A DNA stretch of 64,000 nt, from assembly GCA_964270895.1 (NCBI GenBank), contig OZ185441.1; one strand, given 5' to 3'. The translations under genes were made by a program, and so were the position numbers. The notes beneath the pieces were generated by a model that did no database searches, was not told the origin of the DNA, and saw only the letters and a program-made list of their open reading frames with translations. Positions 13,466 to 26,193 of the stretch are shown here, piece after piece. Position 1 is the first letter of the stretch. Each line of letters begins with the position of its first letter. This DNA is from Podarcis filfolensis. Lineage: Eukaryota.

Positions 13466-15661
13466 AATGACTTCTTTAGATTCAACAGCTCCCTCCACAT
13501 ACCTAAATAACATCTGTTTTAAGCAACCAGCAAGATCAATTGATGTTTTCATCTTGGGCAACCCCACATCAAGTTGCAAGTGGAGGGTTTCATGTCTGAA
13601 GGCCCCCTTTTGCATAAAACTCCCTGAGAACCGGCATAAATGGCATGTCAGAGAAAAGGTTTTGGACTAGCCTTCTTCCTATGAACAGAGTTTCATCATG
13701 TAAGGAAGTGGCCAGCTACCCAGGACCTGAAGCTGTGCATTCAATGAAAGGCTTCAGCCATCATTCTGCTAACTGCATAGACTGCCCAAAATGCTACGAT
13801 GAGAATGTCAATCCCCATCTCTATTTTACTTATTCCAACTGTAATGCAGGCACAATACAGAACATCTGTATGGCAGAACTACTGGCTTTTAACTTTGAAG
13901 AAAAGAGTTCAGCCCTAAAACCTTACACAGCTCATTAATGTAGTGAAAAGAGGACCTTTAATTGTATGTCTCTTCTGTGTTAGCCAAATTTACTGTCAGT
14001 CTGTACAGGACCAGCCAAGTAGACTCCTTTTAATGTCTGCAAATTGGACTGCTCAGCACTGGAGACTGCTAGGCATGAACCAGGACTGTGGTAAGGCATT
14101 TCAGAGACCAGACCTTGAATACATGTTCTCTAATGTGGGGCCCCTGCTTTTAGGAGCAGGGACCTGTTTTAGAACAGACAGGAGGTTCTATTAGGGCTGT
14201 GCACCAGATTCAGTTGAGGCCAAGGTGAATCAGGTCATGTAGGGCTTCTACTAGGTTGGCTGGAAGCAGCCCTAGACCATTTCTGGTGGGCCCTGCAGAG
14301 TGATCCAGGGCTGTTAGGGGGTGGTGAGTTGGACAGGGGGGAAAAGAAAGTGGTTTGAGCATGCCTGTTTCCAACAGGGAAACACACAAACAATCAAACT
14401 GAGCAGAACTGATTCAGTTCCGCAGGCTGCAGGAATCTGCTTCTCCAGCATATTCCCCACAGGGAATTCGCTGGGGAAGCAGACCCCAGCAGAATATCAC
14501 ATTATGATTGGGCATGATCATAAAGCCAAATCAGAGTAAGGTCAATGCTTCCTGTCCTCACTCAGGAACCTTGTGAGTTATATATTTAAAAATGTCAGCC
14601 AGCAGCCTAGACTTCCTGCAGAATTATCACAAACATCGTGCCCACAAAGAAATTATTTCAGTGAACTTTCTTCACACACAGAAACCCAAGCTGAAAAAGG
14701 TTCAGAGGAAGAATTTTTTTGTCTAGTTTAAGATGATAAAAGTTCTCTCAGCAGTCTTTGATAGGTGATACCTCTTTCAGATCTGCTATTTATCACATGT
14801 TCCTGCAGAAGGGGGAATGATTATGTGTGAAACAACCCAAAGTGTTTTGTTTTGTTCTTCAGTTGCAGGCATTTGAAACACGTACATAACAAAAAAATGA
14901 TGCCCAAAACTTTTCAGCTTAATGGGATAACCTTTAAAAAGTCCAAATGAAAAATGTGTAGTGCTCCCCCCCCCCCATTTTTCCTTTTTGTAATGAGCTT
15001 TTAACTTTTCCCAGAGGTGATTAAGCAAAGAGTAATGGGACCCTTTCTTCCAACTAATTTACATCAAGTTTTTTTTTAGTATTTATGAATCACTTGGACA
15101 AGGCTTTGAGTCTGATCTATGCAAAAGGTGCAAAAACTCTATTTTATCTGTCACTACTTTTAATCATAGCAGAGAGGAATTTCATTCCTAATAAATTACA
15201 CGGTTTATTGTACAACATTGTCAACAGGTTTCATTTTTCACTCCTCGGTTTTAGAGTCCGACAAGATGAATGTCCCTGGGTATTACTCTATAAGCATACA
15301 GCAGAAAAGCAAATGCAAACCACCCAGTGGGAAAGAGCAAATGGTTTTCATGCTGGGCCAATTTGATACTTAATAAGAAAGAGAGGAAGGTTTTTTCACA
15401 GGGTACATGGTTTTAATTCAAGCAATCTGCATATTATCATGACCCCATCAGCTAATTTCTCCGTACCTGTTTAAAAGAAGAGTCCAGAGGCTTTGGATTC
15501 TGTTGTCCATGTGGAAGGCACTCACAGACACACTGCCTCATGGGTATTGTGGCAGATGGCCCATGTTTGAGCAGGAGGCTTGGCTATTTTCATCCACGTG
15601 CGATCAACTTCCCAACGTAAGGACGTAGAAAATAAGAGCTGCCTTATGAGTCTTCATATTA

Positions 15662-15904
15662 CAGTGGTACCTCAGGTTAAGTACTTAATTCATTCTGGAG
15701 GTCCGTTCTTAACCTGAAACTGCTTCTTAAGCTGAAGCACCACTTTAGCTAATGGGGCCTCCCGCTGCTGCCACGCCGCCGGAGCACGATTTCTGTTCTT
15801 ATCCTGAAGCAAAGTTCTTAACCTGAGGTACTGTTTCTGGGTTAGTAGAGTCTGTAACCTGAAGCGTATGTAACCTGAAGCATATGTAACCTGAGGTACC
15901 ACTG
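15662..15904 (-). mobile_element. Tigger/pogo-like MITE, family A
   Basis: TIR CAGTGGTACCTCAGGTTA at both ends, TA TSDs. Confidence 0.92.
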
Positions 15905-16024
15905 TACTTGGACTTGAAAAAGACCAGCTAGAGGAAACAGACTTCCAAACAGGGCTCCATTTTCCATTATGTGTTATAATTATTTTGCTATTTTTTATTG
16001 TTTGCTGTTTCATATTTGAGCATA

Positions 16025-16133
16025 TTTGACCAAACTGCGGGAGGCAATGGAAGACAGGAGTGCCTGGCGTGCTCTGGTCCATGGGGTCACGAAGAGTTGG
16101 ACACGACTAAACGACTAAACATCAACAACAACA
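16025..16133 (+). mobile_element. Bov-B 3' terminal fragment (109 bp)
   Basis: Matches the 3' end of the 8095-9133 copy; 11-bp TSD ATTTGAGCATA (16014-16024 and 16134-16144). Confidence 0.92.
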
Positions 16134-16321
16134 ATTTGAGCATAATATAGTTTATTCTCATATTCTGGGTTCTGCTGTTGTCTGTACACTGTCATAGTGG
16201 GTCAGACTACTAATTAATGATTAAGTATACTGACTCAGTATAAAACAGCTTCCTGGATTAAATGCTAATCCATCTATCTCAGCATTGTCTGGTAACAGTG
16301 ACCAGCAAAAGCTCACCAGAC

Positions 16322-16420
16322 TTTCAGACAGGGGCCTTTCCCAATCTAATCTGGAGATGCCAGGGATTAAACCCGAGACCTTTCATGCAAAGCAGATGTG
16401 CTATCGCTGAGCTATGACCC
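16322..16420 (-). mobile_element. tRNA-derived SINE head (Squam2-like), degraded
   Basis: On minus: A-box-like TAGCTCAGCGATAG and B-box-like GGTTTAATCCC, similar to the copy at 17338. Confidence 0.6.
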
Positions 16421-16774
16421 TTCATCAAAGTGGGAGGAGGAGGAGGCCTATTCTGTTCCTTGGCAGCAAATGAATCACACTTCTTCCAGGCTTCCTGTAG
16501 ATCTGGCTGGCCCATTGTGAAAACAAGATGCCGAGGTGTATGGACCTTTGGCCTGATCCAGTGACACCCTTCTTACATTCACGTTACATTTAGGAAAAAG
16601 AGACGTACCTGAACTCAACAGACACAACACGTATTGTGATGGTGCATATTCATCTGCCCTAAGAGAGCCCCCATATTCATTCTGAATTTGTATTCAGACT
16701 TTACTAACAATTCTAGTCAAGGCCAAGGTTGGACACATGCAGATTTATTTATTTAGCCCTATCTGTATTGCTTT

Positions 16775-17139
16775 CTAGGTTGGCAGGAGCAGGGACCGAG
16801 CAGTGGGAGCTCACCCCGTTGCAGGGATTCGAACCGCTGACCTTCTGATCAGCAAGCCCTAGGCTCTGTGGTTTAACCCACAGCGCCACCCGCGTCCCAA
16901 CCTAGCAGTTCGAAAGCACATCAAAGTGCAAGTAGATAAATAGGTACTGCTCCAGCGGGAAGGTAAACGGTATTTCCATGCGCTGTTCTTGTTCACCAGA
17001 AGTGGCTTAGTCATGCTAGCCACATGACCCAGAAGCTGTACGCCAGCTCCCTCGGCCAGTAAAGCAAGATGAGTGCCGCAACCCCAGAGTTGGTCATGAC
17101 TGGACCTAATGGTCAGGGGTCCCTTTACCTTTACCTTTA
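16775..17139. mobile_element. Sauria SINE with inverted 5' segment (16775-16898 minus; 16897-17139 plus)
   Basis: Both parts match the intact Sauria SINE copies in this window. (TTTACC)n tail; TSD TATTG(C/G)TTTCT at 16766-16776 and 17140-17150. Confidence 0.9.
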
Positions 17140-17337
17140 TATTGGTTTCTGGTTCTTTCAATGATATTTTAGTTCTGTATTGTTTTGCACATAGAAGGTT
17201 GGGGGGCTTAGTTAAAAGACTTCCAGGCAGCAGTGCTGAGAAAGACCCAACCCAAGATCTTGGAGAGTTGCTGTGTATAAGAAGAGAAAGCACTCAGCTA
17301 CATGAACTAATGCAGAAAAAGGCAACTCCATACATTG

Positions 17338-17532
17338 GGGAGAGGCTGTGGCTCAGTGGAAGAGCATCTGATTTTCCTGCAGAAGGTCCCAGGTTCAATC
17401 CCTGATATCTCTTGGTAGAACTGAGAGAGAGCCTTGTATGAATTCCTAGAGAGACACTGTCAGTCACCATAGACAATATTGAACTGGATGGATGGCATTT
17501 CTGAGCCAGAATAAGGCAGCTTCCTATGTTCC
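17338..17532 (+). mobile_element. tRNA-derived SINE (Squam2-like)
   Basis: A box TGGCTCAGTGG, B box GGTTCAATCCC, tail AAGGCAGCTTCCTATGTTCC. Family name is tentative. Confidence 0.7.
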
Positions 17533-18208
17533 ATCAGGTTGTATTGATATTGGAAAAAAATAGGGCCCTTAAAATATTGTTATGGTGCGGAACCTGCTGC
17601 AACATGTATTGTTCATTTACTACTCCACAACACTACTTGTTCCATTTGCCCAAGTTTCAGAGGTGAGGCAATAATTTCATGGGAAAGAGCCTCATTGCCA
17701 GGCTCACTGCCATATCTGTCAAGTCTTCTGACTTCACTGGGACTACACAAGAACAGGATGTGCTGCAACAGCTCCCATAATGCAAATGTAACATCATCAT
17801 AAGGTTGTTTCTCAATCTGTGTGACCAAAAGTCCATTGCCAAAGTGAATATAAAGCAGCTGCCATTCATCCAGGACTTCTGCTTATATCCTATCCGTCTT
17901 CATTCCAGTTTGCATCTGTACTGGAAATACTTTTACCTGCTTCTATATGTGGAATTGTTGTTAAATATTTTGTATTATTTTTCCACATGCAATTATTTTT
18001 CGTTGTTTTATATTCAGAACTGCTTTGTTTTATGGTTATATAACTGTTTTACTTGTTTTATTTTTAATTTTACATCAAATGTTAATCTGGCATGTGCATA
18101 GTTTTTTATACTTAGATTCTATTGGCAAATTAGCTTGACATAAACTCTCATTTTGCATAACTTACCACTGAAGCACAATAAAAAGGGGGGGGGGCAGAAA
18201 ACATAAAA

Positions 18209-18348
18209 NNNNNNNNNNNNNNNNNNNNNNNNNNNNNNNNNNNNNNNNNNNNNNNNNNNNNNNNNNNNNNNNNNNNNNNNNNNNNNNNNNNNNNNNNNNN
18301 NNNNNNNNNNNNNNNNNNNNNNNNNNNNNNNNNNNNNNNNNNNNNNNN
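18209..18348. other. Assembly gap (140 N)
   Basis: Run of N. Confidence 1.
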
Positions 18349-18464
18349 TTTGGAATTGTTTTTACCATTGCTTTATGGTTGTAACTGTCTGATATGTTTA
18401 ATAATTGTATATATAACCAGCCCAGGGACCTTGTGGTAAAGCAAGGGCAGAAGAAATCAAAATA

Positions 18465-18705
18465 AAGTCAAACTTTGCTTGTCCAATGTAATCCGTTCCG
18501 GAAGACCACTCGGCTTCTGAAACGTTTGACAACCGAAAACTGAAAGAGGACGCCTCAATACAATAGGGAAACTCAAAATGGAAGCCGTGTCAGATGTTCG
18601 CCTTCCGAAAGGCATGCAAAAGCCAGAGCAGTTACTTCCGGGTTTTTGGCATTCAGAAGTCAAAACGTACGATAATGGAGGCGTTCGGGAACCGAGGTTA
18701 GACTG
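18465..18705. mobile_element. Tc1/mariner (Tigger-like) MITE, family B, older
   Basis: Right end AACCGAGGTTAGACTG|TA, degenerate left end TA|AAGTCAAACTTTG, CpG-rich interior with repeated GTTCCG/TTCCG motifs. Confidence 0.6.
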
Positions 18706-19811
18706 TAAATAAATAAATTGCTAGTAAAAATTAAATTGTTTAAAAAAGGAATCAAATACACTAAAATTATCTGGAAACTGAAGATTATTTAAGGCAGGGA
18801 TAGGGGACCTATGGCCCCTGGCGTTAACTCTTTAGTCAAACAGCTCAGGAGGCCAGGCCTAGTAAGCACAGCAACTCTTCCTGGTAGATCATGCCCCCAA
18901 TGAGGTCCCTGCCTTCCCACAGTTGCTTAAACCTCCTTCTTCCCCAGGTCCTTCCCAAGCAATTTGAGACTCTGTCAACATATTTGTCTCTGCTCCTCCC
19001 CCTTCATACTTATTCTGGTCCTGGGAGACCAGAGGGGAGAGGAGCTTTGCTTGCTGGGGTTGGTGGGAATGGAGTCCAGCAATATCTGAAAGGCCATGGA
19101 TTACCCATTCCAGGTTTAAGGACTTGTTTACTCTCAATGCCTTCACACAACCAAATCTTTGCTAATGAAACAGTAATATAATGCTTGGTCCATGGATAAA
19201 ATCCACCAAATGGTTATTGTGAATTCAGTTGCAGTATTAATAACAGATGTTTCTATATGCTAACACATACGATGATGGACACACGTTCTTCACTCATCAG
19301 AAACTGTGGTGGGTAAGTGGTTTACCTATGACTTTGCTATTCTAACACAACATGAACCTGAAAGCCACCAGAAATCATTGTTACGTGCCTCAGGAGGATC
19401 ACATCTCTTCATAAAGTTGCAGGGGCAGCCCATTTTGAACACATAGACTCCAGAAGTAGATACTTACAAGAAAGTCGTGCTTGTGGTTTTCTCTGCTTGG
19501 GAACATAGCAGTCGTTTTACAAGGCCATTGTGTTAATTGTAAAAATAAAACAGAAATGATTTGATGGTGTTGTATTTCCTTGCTTACGTGTAAGTCTCAA
19601 GCAATAATAAACTGAGATCATGAGCAATGTGGGACAATAATTGGTTTGATTAATCACTCATAAGTAACTCCGCAAGCAGGCAGACATATCACTGTACTAT
19701 GTGTGGTGTGAAATTTTCAATACCACTAAGGGATGCTGGTAGAACGCATCTGCTTTGAGACAACTGAAATGATATTGCAGAGTGGCAGTGTCTCAGTAAT
19801 AGTTCACATAT

Positions 19812-19950
19812 NNNNNNNNNNNNNNNNNNNNNNNNNNNNNNNNNNNNNNNNNNNNNNNNNNNNNNNNNNNNNNNNNNNNNNNNNNNNNNNNNNNNNNNNN
19901 NNNNNNNNNNNNNNNNNNNNNNNNNNNNNNNNNNNNNNNNNNNNNNNNNC
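19812..19950. other. Assembly gap (139 N)
   Basis: Run of N; probably hides the tail of the adjacent SINE. Confidence 1.
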
Positions 19951-20168
19951 GCTTTTTCACTACCCGAAGGAGTCTCAAAGCGGCTAACATTCTCCTCTCC
20001 CTTCCTCCCCCACAACAAACACTCTGTGAGGTGAGTGGGGCTGAGAGACTTCAAAGAAGTGTGACTAGCCCAAGGTCACCCAGCAGCTGCATGTGGAGGA
20101 GCAGAGATGCGAACCCAGTTCCCCAGATTACGAGTCTACCGCTCTTAAACACTACACCACACTGGCTC
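19951..20168 (-). mobile_element. Squam3-like (MIR/CORE-type) tRNA-derived SINE
   Basis: On minus: head GCCAGTGTGGTGTAGTG, B box GGTTCGCATC and CORE-like GGGTGACCTTGGGCTAGTCAC; closely similar to 22993-23243. Confidence 0.85.
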
Positions 20169-20694
20169 ACAAGACCTTGATCATTTTTATGGGAATGCAA
20201 GATATAAACAAAATAGTCAGAGAGGTGTGCATTCTATGGACTGTGCAAAGACTGAATTCTTCAAGCATTCCTACAGTACAGAGACATCAGCGGGAATCTA
20301 TTACCTCAGATGGAAATGTTGCCTTACCATTGGCTTTGTATTAACCTATCCATATGATTATGGATAAAGGTACTATAAACTTTGCACAGCATACTAACCA
20401 CAAAGCCAAACACACATCAGCAGTCTTATATTGTGGCCTGTCTGGGGCTTCTGCAGTCTCAGACAAGGACCCAAACCCCGGAGGGCTATGGCAGGCCAGT
20501 TAACAGTATTTGGCTTGCTGAGTCAGACGTTGTGAAGGCTCCTTCAAGCAGCTAGATTAGCTTTTCACAGGTAAACTAACAGGGGACAACCCAACAAGCC
20601 ACTGAAGGAACTGCAAGATAGCAAAAGTAAATCAACATTACAGGTTACGTCAAAAAAGCAATGCTGTTGAAACTCTTTCAAAATGAGTATCTAG

Positions 20695-20835
20695 ATGTGC
20701 AGTGGGAAAATATCATCCCTTCTGATGTTGCTGAACTACAACTCCCTTCAGCCCCAGCATGCATGGCCATTGGCCAGGGATGATGGGAGTCGTAATTCAC
20801 CAACATCTGGAGGACCAAAGGTTCTCCAACTTGCT
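20695..20835. mobile_element. Degraded palindromic hAT MITE related to 302-437
   Basis: GATGTTGCTGAACTACAACTCCC...GGGATGATGGGAGTCGTAATTCACCAACATC. Confidence 0.6.
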
Positions 20836-21388
20836 CAAATATGTTTGAATTGGCATTCAGAGGAAGAGGGTAGAGAAGAGGCTGCAGGGAATGATTATAG
20901 AGAACAATAGCCATTGTCACAAGTAACAATGAGTCATACCTTTTAATGATCTATTTTGCATCACAACCAAAATATTAATTCAAAAAGACGCGTTTCCTCC
21001 TTCAGTGATTCTAAGATTGCATTTTAAGTGGAGCACTGAGAAGAACCAACAACAGTGATATATTATTTTGTAAAGACCCTCATCCTTCATCTCACTTGTT
21101 TATTTCCCAGTTCAGCTGTTAAAGGAGGTTTTGATATATATACACATACATATTCTTGAGCATTCTGGAGGAAGGTTTTTCCCCTCCAGGATGACTTAAA
21201 AGAATTGTCAACAAGGAGTATTAGTTCTGAACTGAAACAAAAACTAGTGCACATGGGGGGAAGTTACTGATTTATTATTCTGAATGTGCTTTTTGTTTTT
21301 TGCTTTTTAAAAAGGAATTCTTAGATATAGAGATGAGTGAATTCTCCAGAGCTCTTCTAGCATAAATACATTCAAAAATGTTCCAACA

Positions 21389-21466
21389 CGTGTGTGTGTG
21401 TGTGCGCGCGTGTGTGCGTGCACACACATTAATCAAATAATGAGTTTGAATGCTGATCATCACAGA

Positions 21467-21509
<43 letters not shown>

Positions 21510-21512
21510 TGT
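21389..21512. repeat. Two (TG)n microsatellites
   Basis: Seen directly at about 21389-21420 and 21467-21512. Confidence 0.9.
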
Positions 21513-22992
21513 ATCTCCCCTAGTGGGGCTAGATTTTACATAATTGACGTTTATAGGTTGCAGCTCAGAATCCATTTAGCGCCCTGTCAGTGAAAGACTG
21601 AGTAAGTAAAGAAATGATTTGACTCTCTTCCTTTCCATTGTTTCATTAACTGTGGTCAGAACATCTTGAAAATATCTCCCATGTTTGTTTATTCAAGGCA
21701 GCAGTAAAGACCACCTGTTTTCCATAATATCTTGACTTTCCTCTGAAGAAAAACAACAACCAAAGGGGAAATCACTTTTCTAGTTTTAAATGGTTTGGTA
21801 ATTTTTATTTGTTTGCTGTTTTAAGTGATGTGCACCTCAGGTCTTCAGGATATCTCCTGGCATAACAGGGGGAAAAAATCCAAAAACAAAACAAGAGAAC
21901 AGCAACCAGAGATGGTGATAAACCACAGACAAATCTGTTCAGACTGTATTTTGGATATAGTCAATGAAAAAGAATATCCTGGAAAAAAAATCTCTCAAGA
22001 AATGAAGTTCTCATGAGAAATAGAGTTTGTTATCCAGGCCAAGCTGCTTTTCACAAAAGCGTGCCCAACCTGAAATCTGGTTAGCTGAAGCTAAGTTACA
22101 TATGTTTTGGGGTTTCATGCATCACAAAATTCTAACTCTGTGGGCAATCCTTCCATGTCTAAAAAGATACATTGTGATATGGTTGCTCCTTGGATGTGTA
22201 TTCATTCATTCTTCATTCCATCCAGAAGTGTTCTCTTGGCATTGCTCCACAAGCTCCAGCTTAGATATCTGCTAATGGTGATTTCAGTTATAAATATAAT
22301 TGTAGTTCCTTGTATTTGAGCACGGTGCTTGTTTTTCAAGGAGAGAAGACATCCTTTCTTTACTGGACAACTTAACACCACTGACTAGTGTACACCTGCT
22401 TATGACATAAATTAAGCAGGAATGGAGATTTGAACTCTCAATGACCATTGGTCCAGTTCAGACAATCAACTCACCATAAGACACCATATTTTATAAGAAA
22501 CCTTGAGAAGGACATGCAAGAAACAAACAAAACTTTTCATTGCAACAATGGGATATCTTCAGACATCAACAACTCATCCAGAAAAGCTCCCTGATCTGGG
22601 AATCCCACCTTCGCCATTATCAGTGGGAAGCAGGAGATGTGAAACCCACATGGAATCATATGCCTCAGAAAGAAAGCATGGCCTCTTTAACTGGGGAGGA
22701 AGAATCTCAGACACAGTCTTCCCCAGAGAACTACTTTCAGCCTTCAGTATGCCAGCCCAGTGCTGGAGCAACATTCCAGGCTATTGATTCCTTGATCCAA
22801 ATACACCTGCTGCAGCTACACCAAGTCTGACTCCCACAGTGCACTGACCAAGGTGCTGACTTCTGACTTGGAATCTATTACATGCCCATCTGTCTGTCAA
22901 CACTTGAAGTCCATCCTCAGTCAAGGTTGCAAGAAGTTTGGAGTAAACTACCATTAGATGTCGGGGAGATGTTCCTTGTCTGCTTTTTTGAA

Positions 22993-23243
22993 AGAAGAAG
23001 AAGAAGAAGAGTTTGGATTTGATATCCCACCTTTCACTCCCTTTAAGGAGTCTCAAAGCAGCTAACATTCTCCTTTCCCTTCCTCCCCCACAACAAACAC
23101 TCTGTGAGGTGAGTGGGGCTGAGAGACTTCAAAGAAGTGTGACTGGCCCAAGGTCACCCAGCAGCTGCATGTGGAGGAGCGGGGACGCGAACCTGGTTCA
23201 CCAGATTACAAGACTACCGCTCTTAACCACTACACCACACTGG
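22993..23243 (-). mobile_element. Squam3-like SINE, full length, (CTT)n tail
   Basis: Same family as 19951-20168; (GAA)n on plus at 22993-23010. Confidence 0.88.
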
Positions 23244-23249
23244 GATGTA

Positions 23250-23405
23250 TGATGCTGCCTTATATTGAGTCAGACCATTGGGCCATCTAGCTCGGTACTG
23301 TATACACTGACAGGGTTCTCTTCCAGCCCTTCCTGGAAACAACACCAGTGACTGAACCTGGGACCTTCTACAGGCAAAGCAAATGCCCTACCACTGAGCC
23401 AAACC
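23250..23405 (-). mobile_element. Squam2-like SINE, directly abutting the Squam3-like copy
   Basis: On minus: TGGCTCAGTGGTAGGGC and GGTTCAGTC boxes; tail GACTCAATATAAGGCAGC. Confidence 0.65.
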
Positions 23406-23583
23406 TCCTCCCAGAGTTGGGGTTGTATTCTTAGTGGTTGAGCTGATGGCTACAACTCAGCTGTTATATTGGTCCTGTTCTGCAATTTTTCTGATTTTTT
23501 TTATTTAAAAAATGTTGCTTGTTGCATTTCTGAGCTACATTTGGAAAAGAGGCACTGGCATTATTTAAATTAACAAATCCTCC

Positions 23584-23622
<39 letters not shown>
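23584..23622. repeat. (TTTC)n microsatellite
   Basis: Seen directly. Confidence 0.95.
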
Positions 23623-25994
23623 AACACTGTTGCAGTTGGTTTGCTAAGACTCTTTGCTTCAAATGCCACTGGAAGACAGATTCTAGACAAGCACAGCATG
23701 TAGCAGGCAGAAAACCTTCTTTAGCTACCTGCAATTGGCCAGGGGAAAAACATATAATGATCTGAGAATATCCACTCATGTGCAAGCAGCCCACCAGAGG
23801 ATGGATTACATCCTATTTTTATTGCATTTCGAGGAGTGTAAAAACAAAAAGGAGAGTTGTGTGGCACCTGGTAGGACAAAATACATGACTGCTGAGCTGT
23901 ATTTAGCCTTGTTGAACAAACCTGGTGAAATTGATGGAGTTGAGAGTGCAAAGAAACAGAGAGAGATAACTATAATAGGAGAGAGAGATGATTTCAGCAT
24001 TCTGAACAGACCAAAGAGCCTGAAGCTAGGATGGGAGACCTATAGATCTCCAGGTGCTGTTGGACTGCAGCTCGCAGACTGGCAGGTGTTTATGGGAGTT
24101 AAAGAGTCTGACAACATATGGAGAGTGACAGGTCACCCATCCCTGGTGTAAAGGAAGTCCTGTGGGTGCATTGATCATCTGGCTTCTCCAACTCCCTTTG
24201 AACCACAGGCAATTGGGGGTTTGACTAAATATCTTTACATCTGCAGTGGTCTTTGGTCATAGTGCAGAGGCCTTCAAATACCAGAGCCTCGTCTAAGCCA
24301 AGAGCAAATAACCCTACATAATAAATCTGGTTCACCCCTGAACAGATGTGAGTCAAGCTGAAAACAGATAAGATCTTAATAGGAGCTCTGCAGGAGTGCA
24401 ATCCTCACAGTTGAACAACTCTAGCCAGCCAGATGTTTACAAGCATCTGGGAAGCTTATATGCAGGGCATGGAGGCTTCCCTTCTTATTTGTCCACAGCA
24501 TTTGGTATTCAACATCTGGTATTCAGAGGTACACTAGCTCTGAAAACAAACACTCAATTTAGCTATCATCTTAATAATTGTTGATAGACCTGCTGGTGAG
24601 TAGTGGGTTGCTATTTTGGGGTAATTTCACGTTACTAAATAATATGGAAGAACATGAAAACACAAGTGAATTATTTGAGGGATGATGGGGTTAATGAATG
24701 CTAAACTGGGCAAAACTGTCTGAGTAGATTTGATACTGATTTACATCCCACTGCTATTTGATTTCAAAGACTTTATAAATTAAATGCCTCTATTAGGCCT
24801 CTGTTGTGCAGAATGATCAAATTAACAATGGAACTGCGGACTTCTTGGCATGCAAATGGATGGATTAATTCTGATTTATAAAGACAGCATGTGTGTGCCA
24901 GGAAGTCTGTACTATAATGGGGGGGAGGGGTTTGACCACACGCACAACCCAAAATATACACACACTACACAACCCAACACACTTTCCCAAAATAGGTACA
25001 GCCCTAGACTTTCTGATACCCTTCCAAAGTAGGAATGAGTTATACGACAGGATTCAAAACCACATGGACATTTGGAGAGCTGACGGAATCCAGCTTGAAA
25101 TTCGCTAAGGATAAAAAAGTGGGATTTCAGTCTACAGCTAGTTTCCAATATTCCATCACGTTAAATTATCGTTCAGTGGAAAAAGAACAAAGGAAACTCA
25201 AGTGACTTCAAAGCCAAGACTTTTGTTCGTAGAAGTGCACATGCACTCTTCCTCTGTACATAAGTCACAGGTCCCATCATTCTAAAAGCATTTATGTCAC
25301 ACGGTTGTGTTCTGTGTAACAGTTGGGGAAGGGAGTGTGAGACACTTCCAGCTTTTCACAGTTCCTCCAGAGTTTCTATGGGACAAACCACTAAATCTTT
25401 CCAGGATATGTGGGAGTGTAAAAATGTTGATTCATAAAGTCAAATCTGGTAACACACTTCTCGGTTTCTTTACACCACATTCAAGGTTTCAACAATGTTT
25501 TTCTTTTTCATTTTAATTACTGCAGAAGGGCAAAAGGAATGTAACACTTTCTAGTAAGTTTACATAAGGCTGCTCTTTTTCACAGTTTCAACTAGTTGCT
25601 GTCACTCGTGAATGCGATGAAGTCTGATAAATGTAAGGATCAGTGGTCTACAGCATTTTTTTTTTTAAAAAAAAATCTTTTATGGTAGTTTGAAAGCTAG
25701 CATGTGCATCACCACCATTTTGAGCTGAGTATGCATGAATGAACCCTCCTTTCCTTTCTTGACCCTAAAGCAGAAGCTTACAGGGTGCAATGGGATCATC
25801 AGCAACAGAGGCTAGAGTTGCAGAATCTCAAAGTGAGCCAACTGCTCTGACAAAAGCTGTAGTACTGAGGCCTTCCAACTTCTCCAGTGCAGAGTACCCT
25901 TCAGAGGACCCACCCCATGAATGCACACTCCAGTAGTTGTCCCCCAAACCCCCCATAAACCCCAGATTCCCAACTTTCATTTAAAAAGCAAGGT

Positions 25995-26193
25995 ATATTT
26001 AAAGCAATATACCACTTTAAACAGTGGGTTCACCCAAAGAATGCTGGAGCCTTTAGTCTGGCTTAGAGTTGTTAGGAGTCAGTCGCCTTTTCCTCTCAGA
26101 GAGCTACAATTCCCAGAATGGCTTGACAATCAATTGCTCTTCCCATGGAACTCTTCAAATTGTAGCTCTATGAGGGAAACAGGGGTTTCCTAG
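25995..26193. mobile_element. Palindromic MITE relic (possibly PIF/Harbinger-like)
   Basis: Internal inverted repeat CTCAGAGAGCTACAAT / TTGTAGCTCTATGAG; related to the copies at 34385, 41083 and 42096. Confidence 0.5.

Noticed and set aside
17338-17410. tRNA-like A/B-box sequences here and in other SINE heads as tRNA genes
   Set aside because: They continue directly into SINE bodies, several with TSDs; no complete cloverleaf.
23735-24151. 138-aa ORF
   Set aside because: No recognisable domain; its 3' third runs through a decayed MITE; no splice support.
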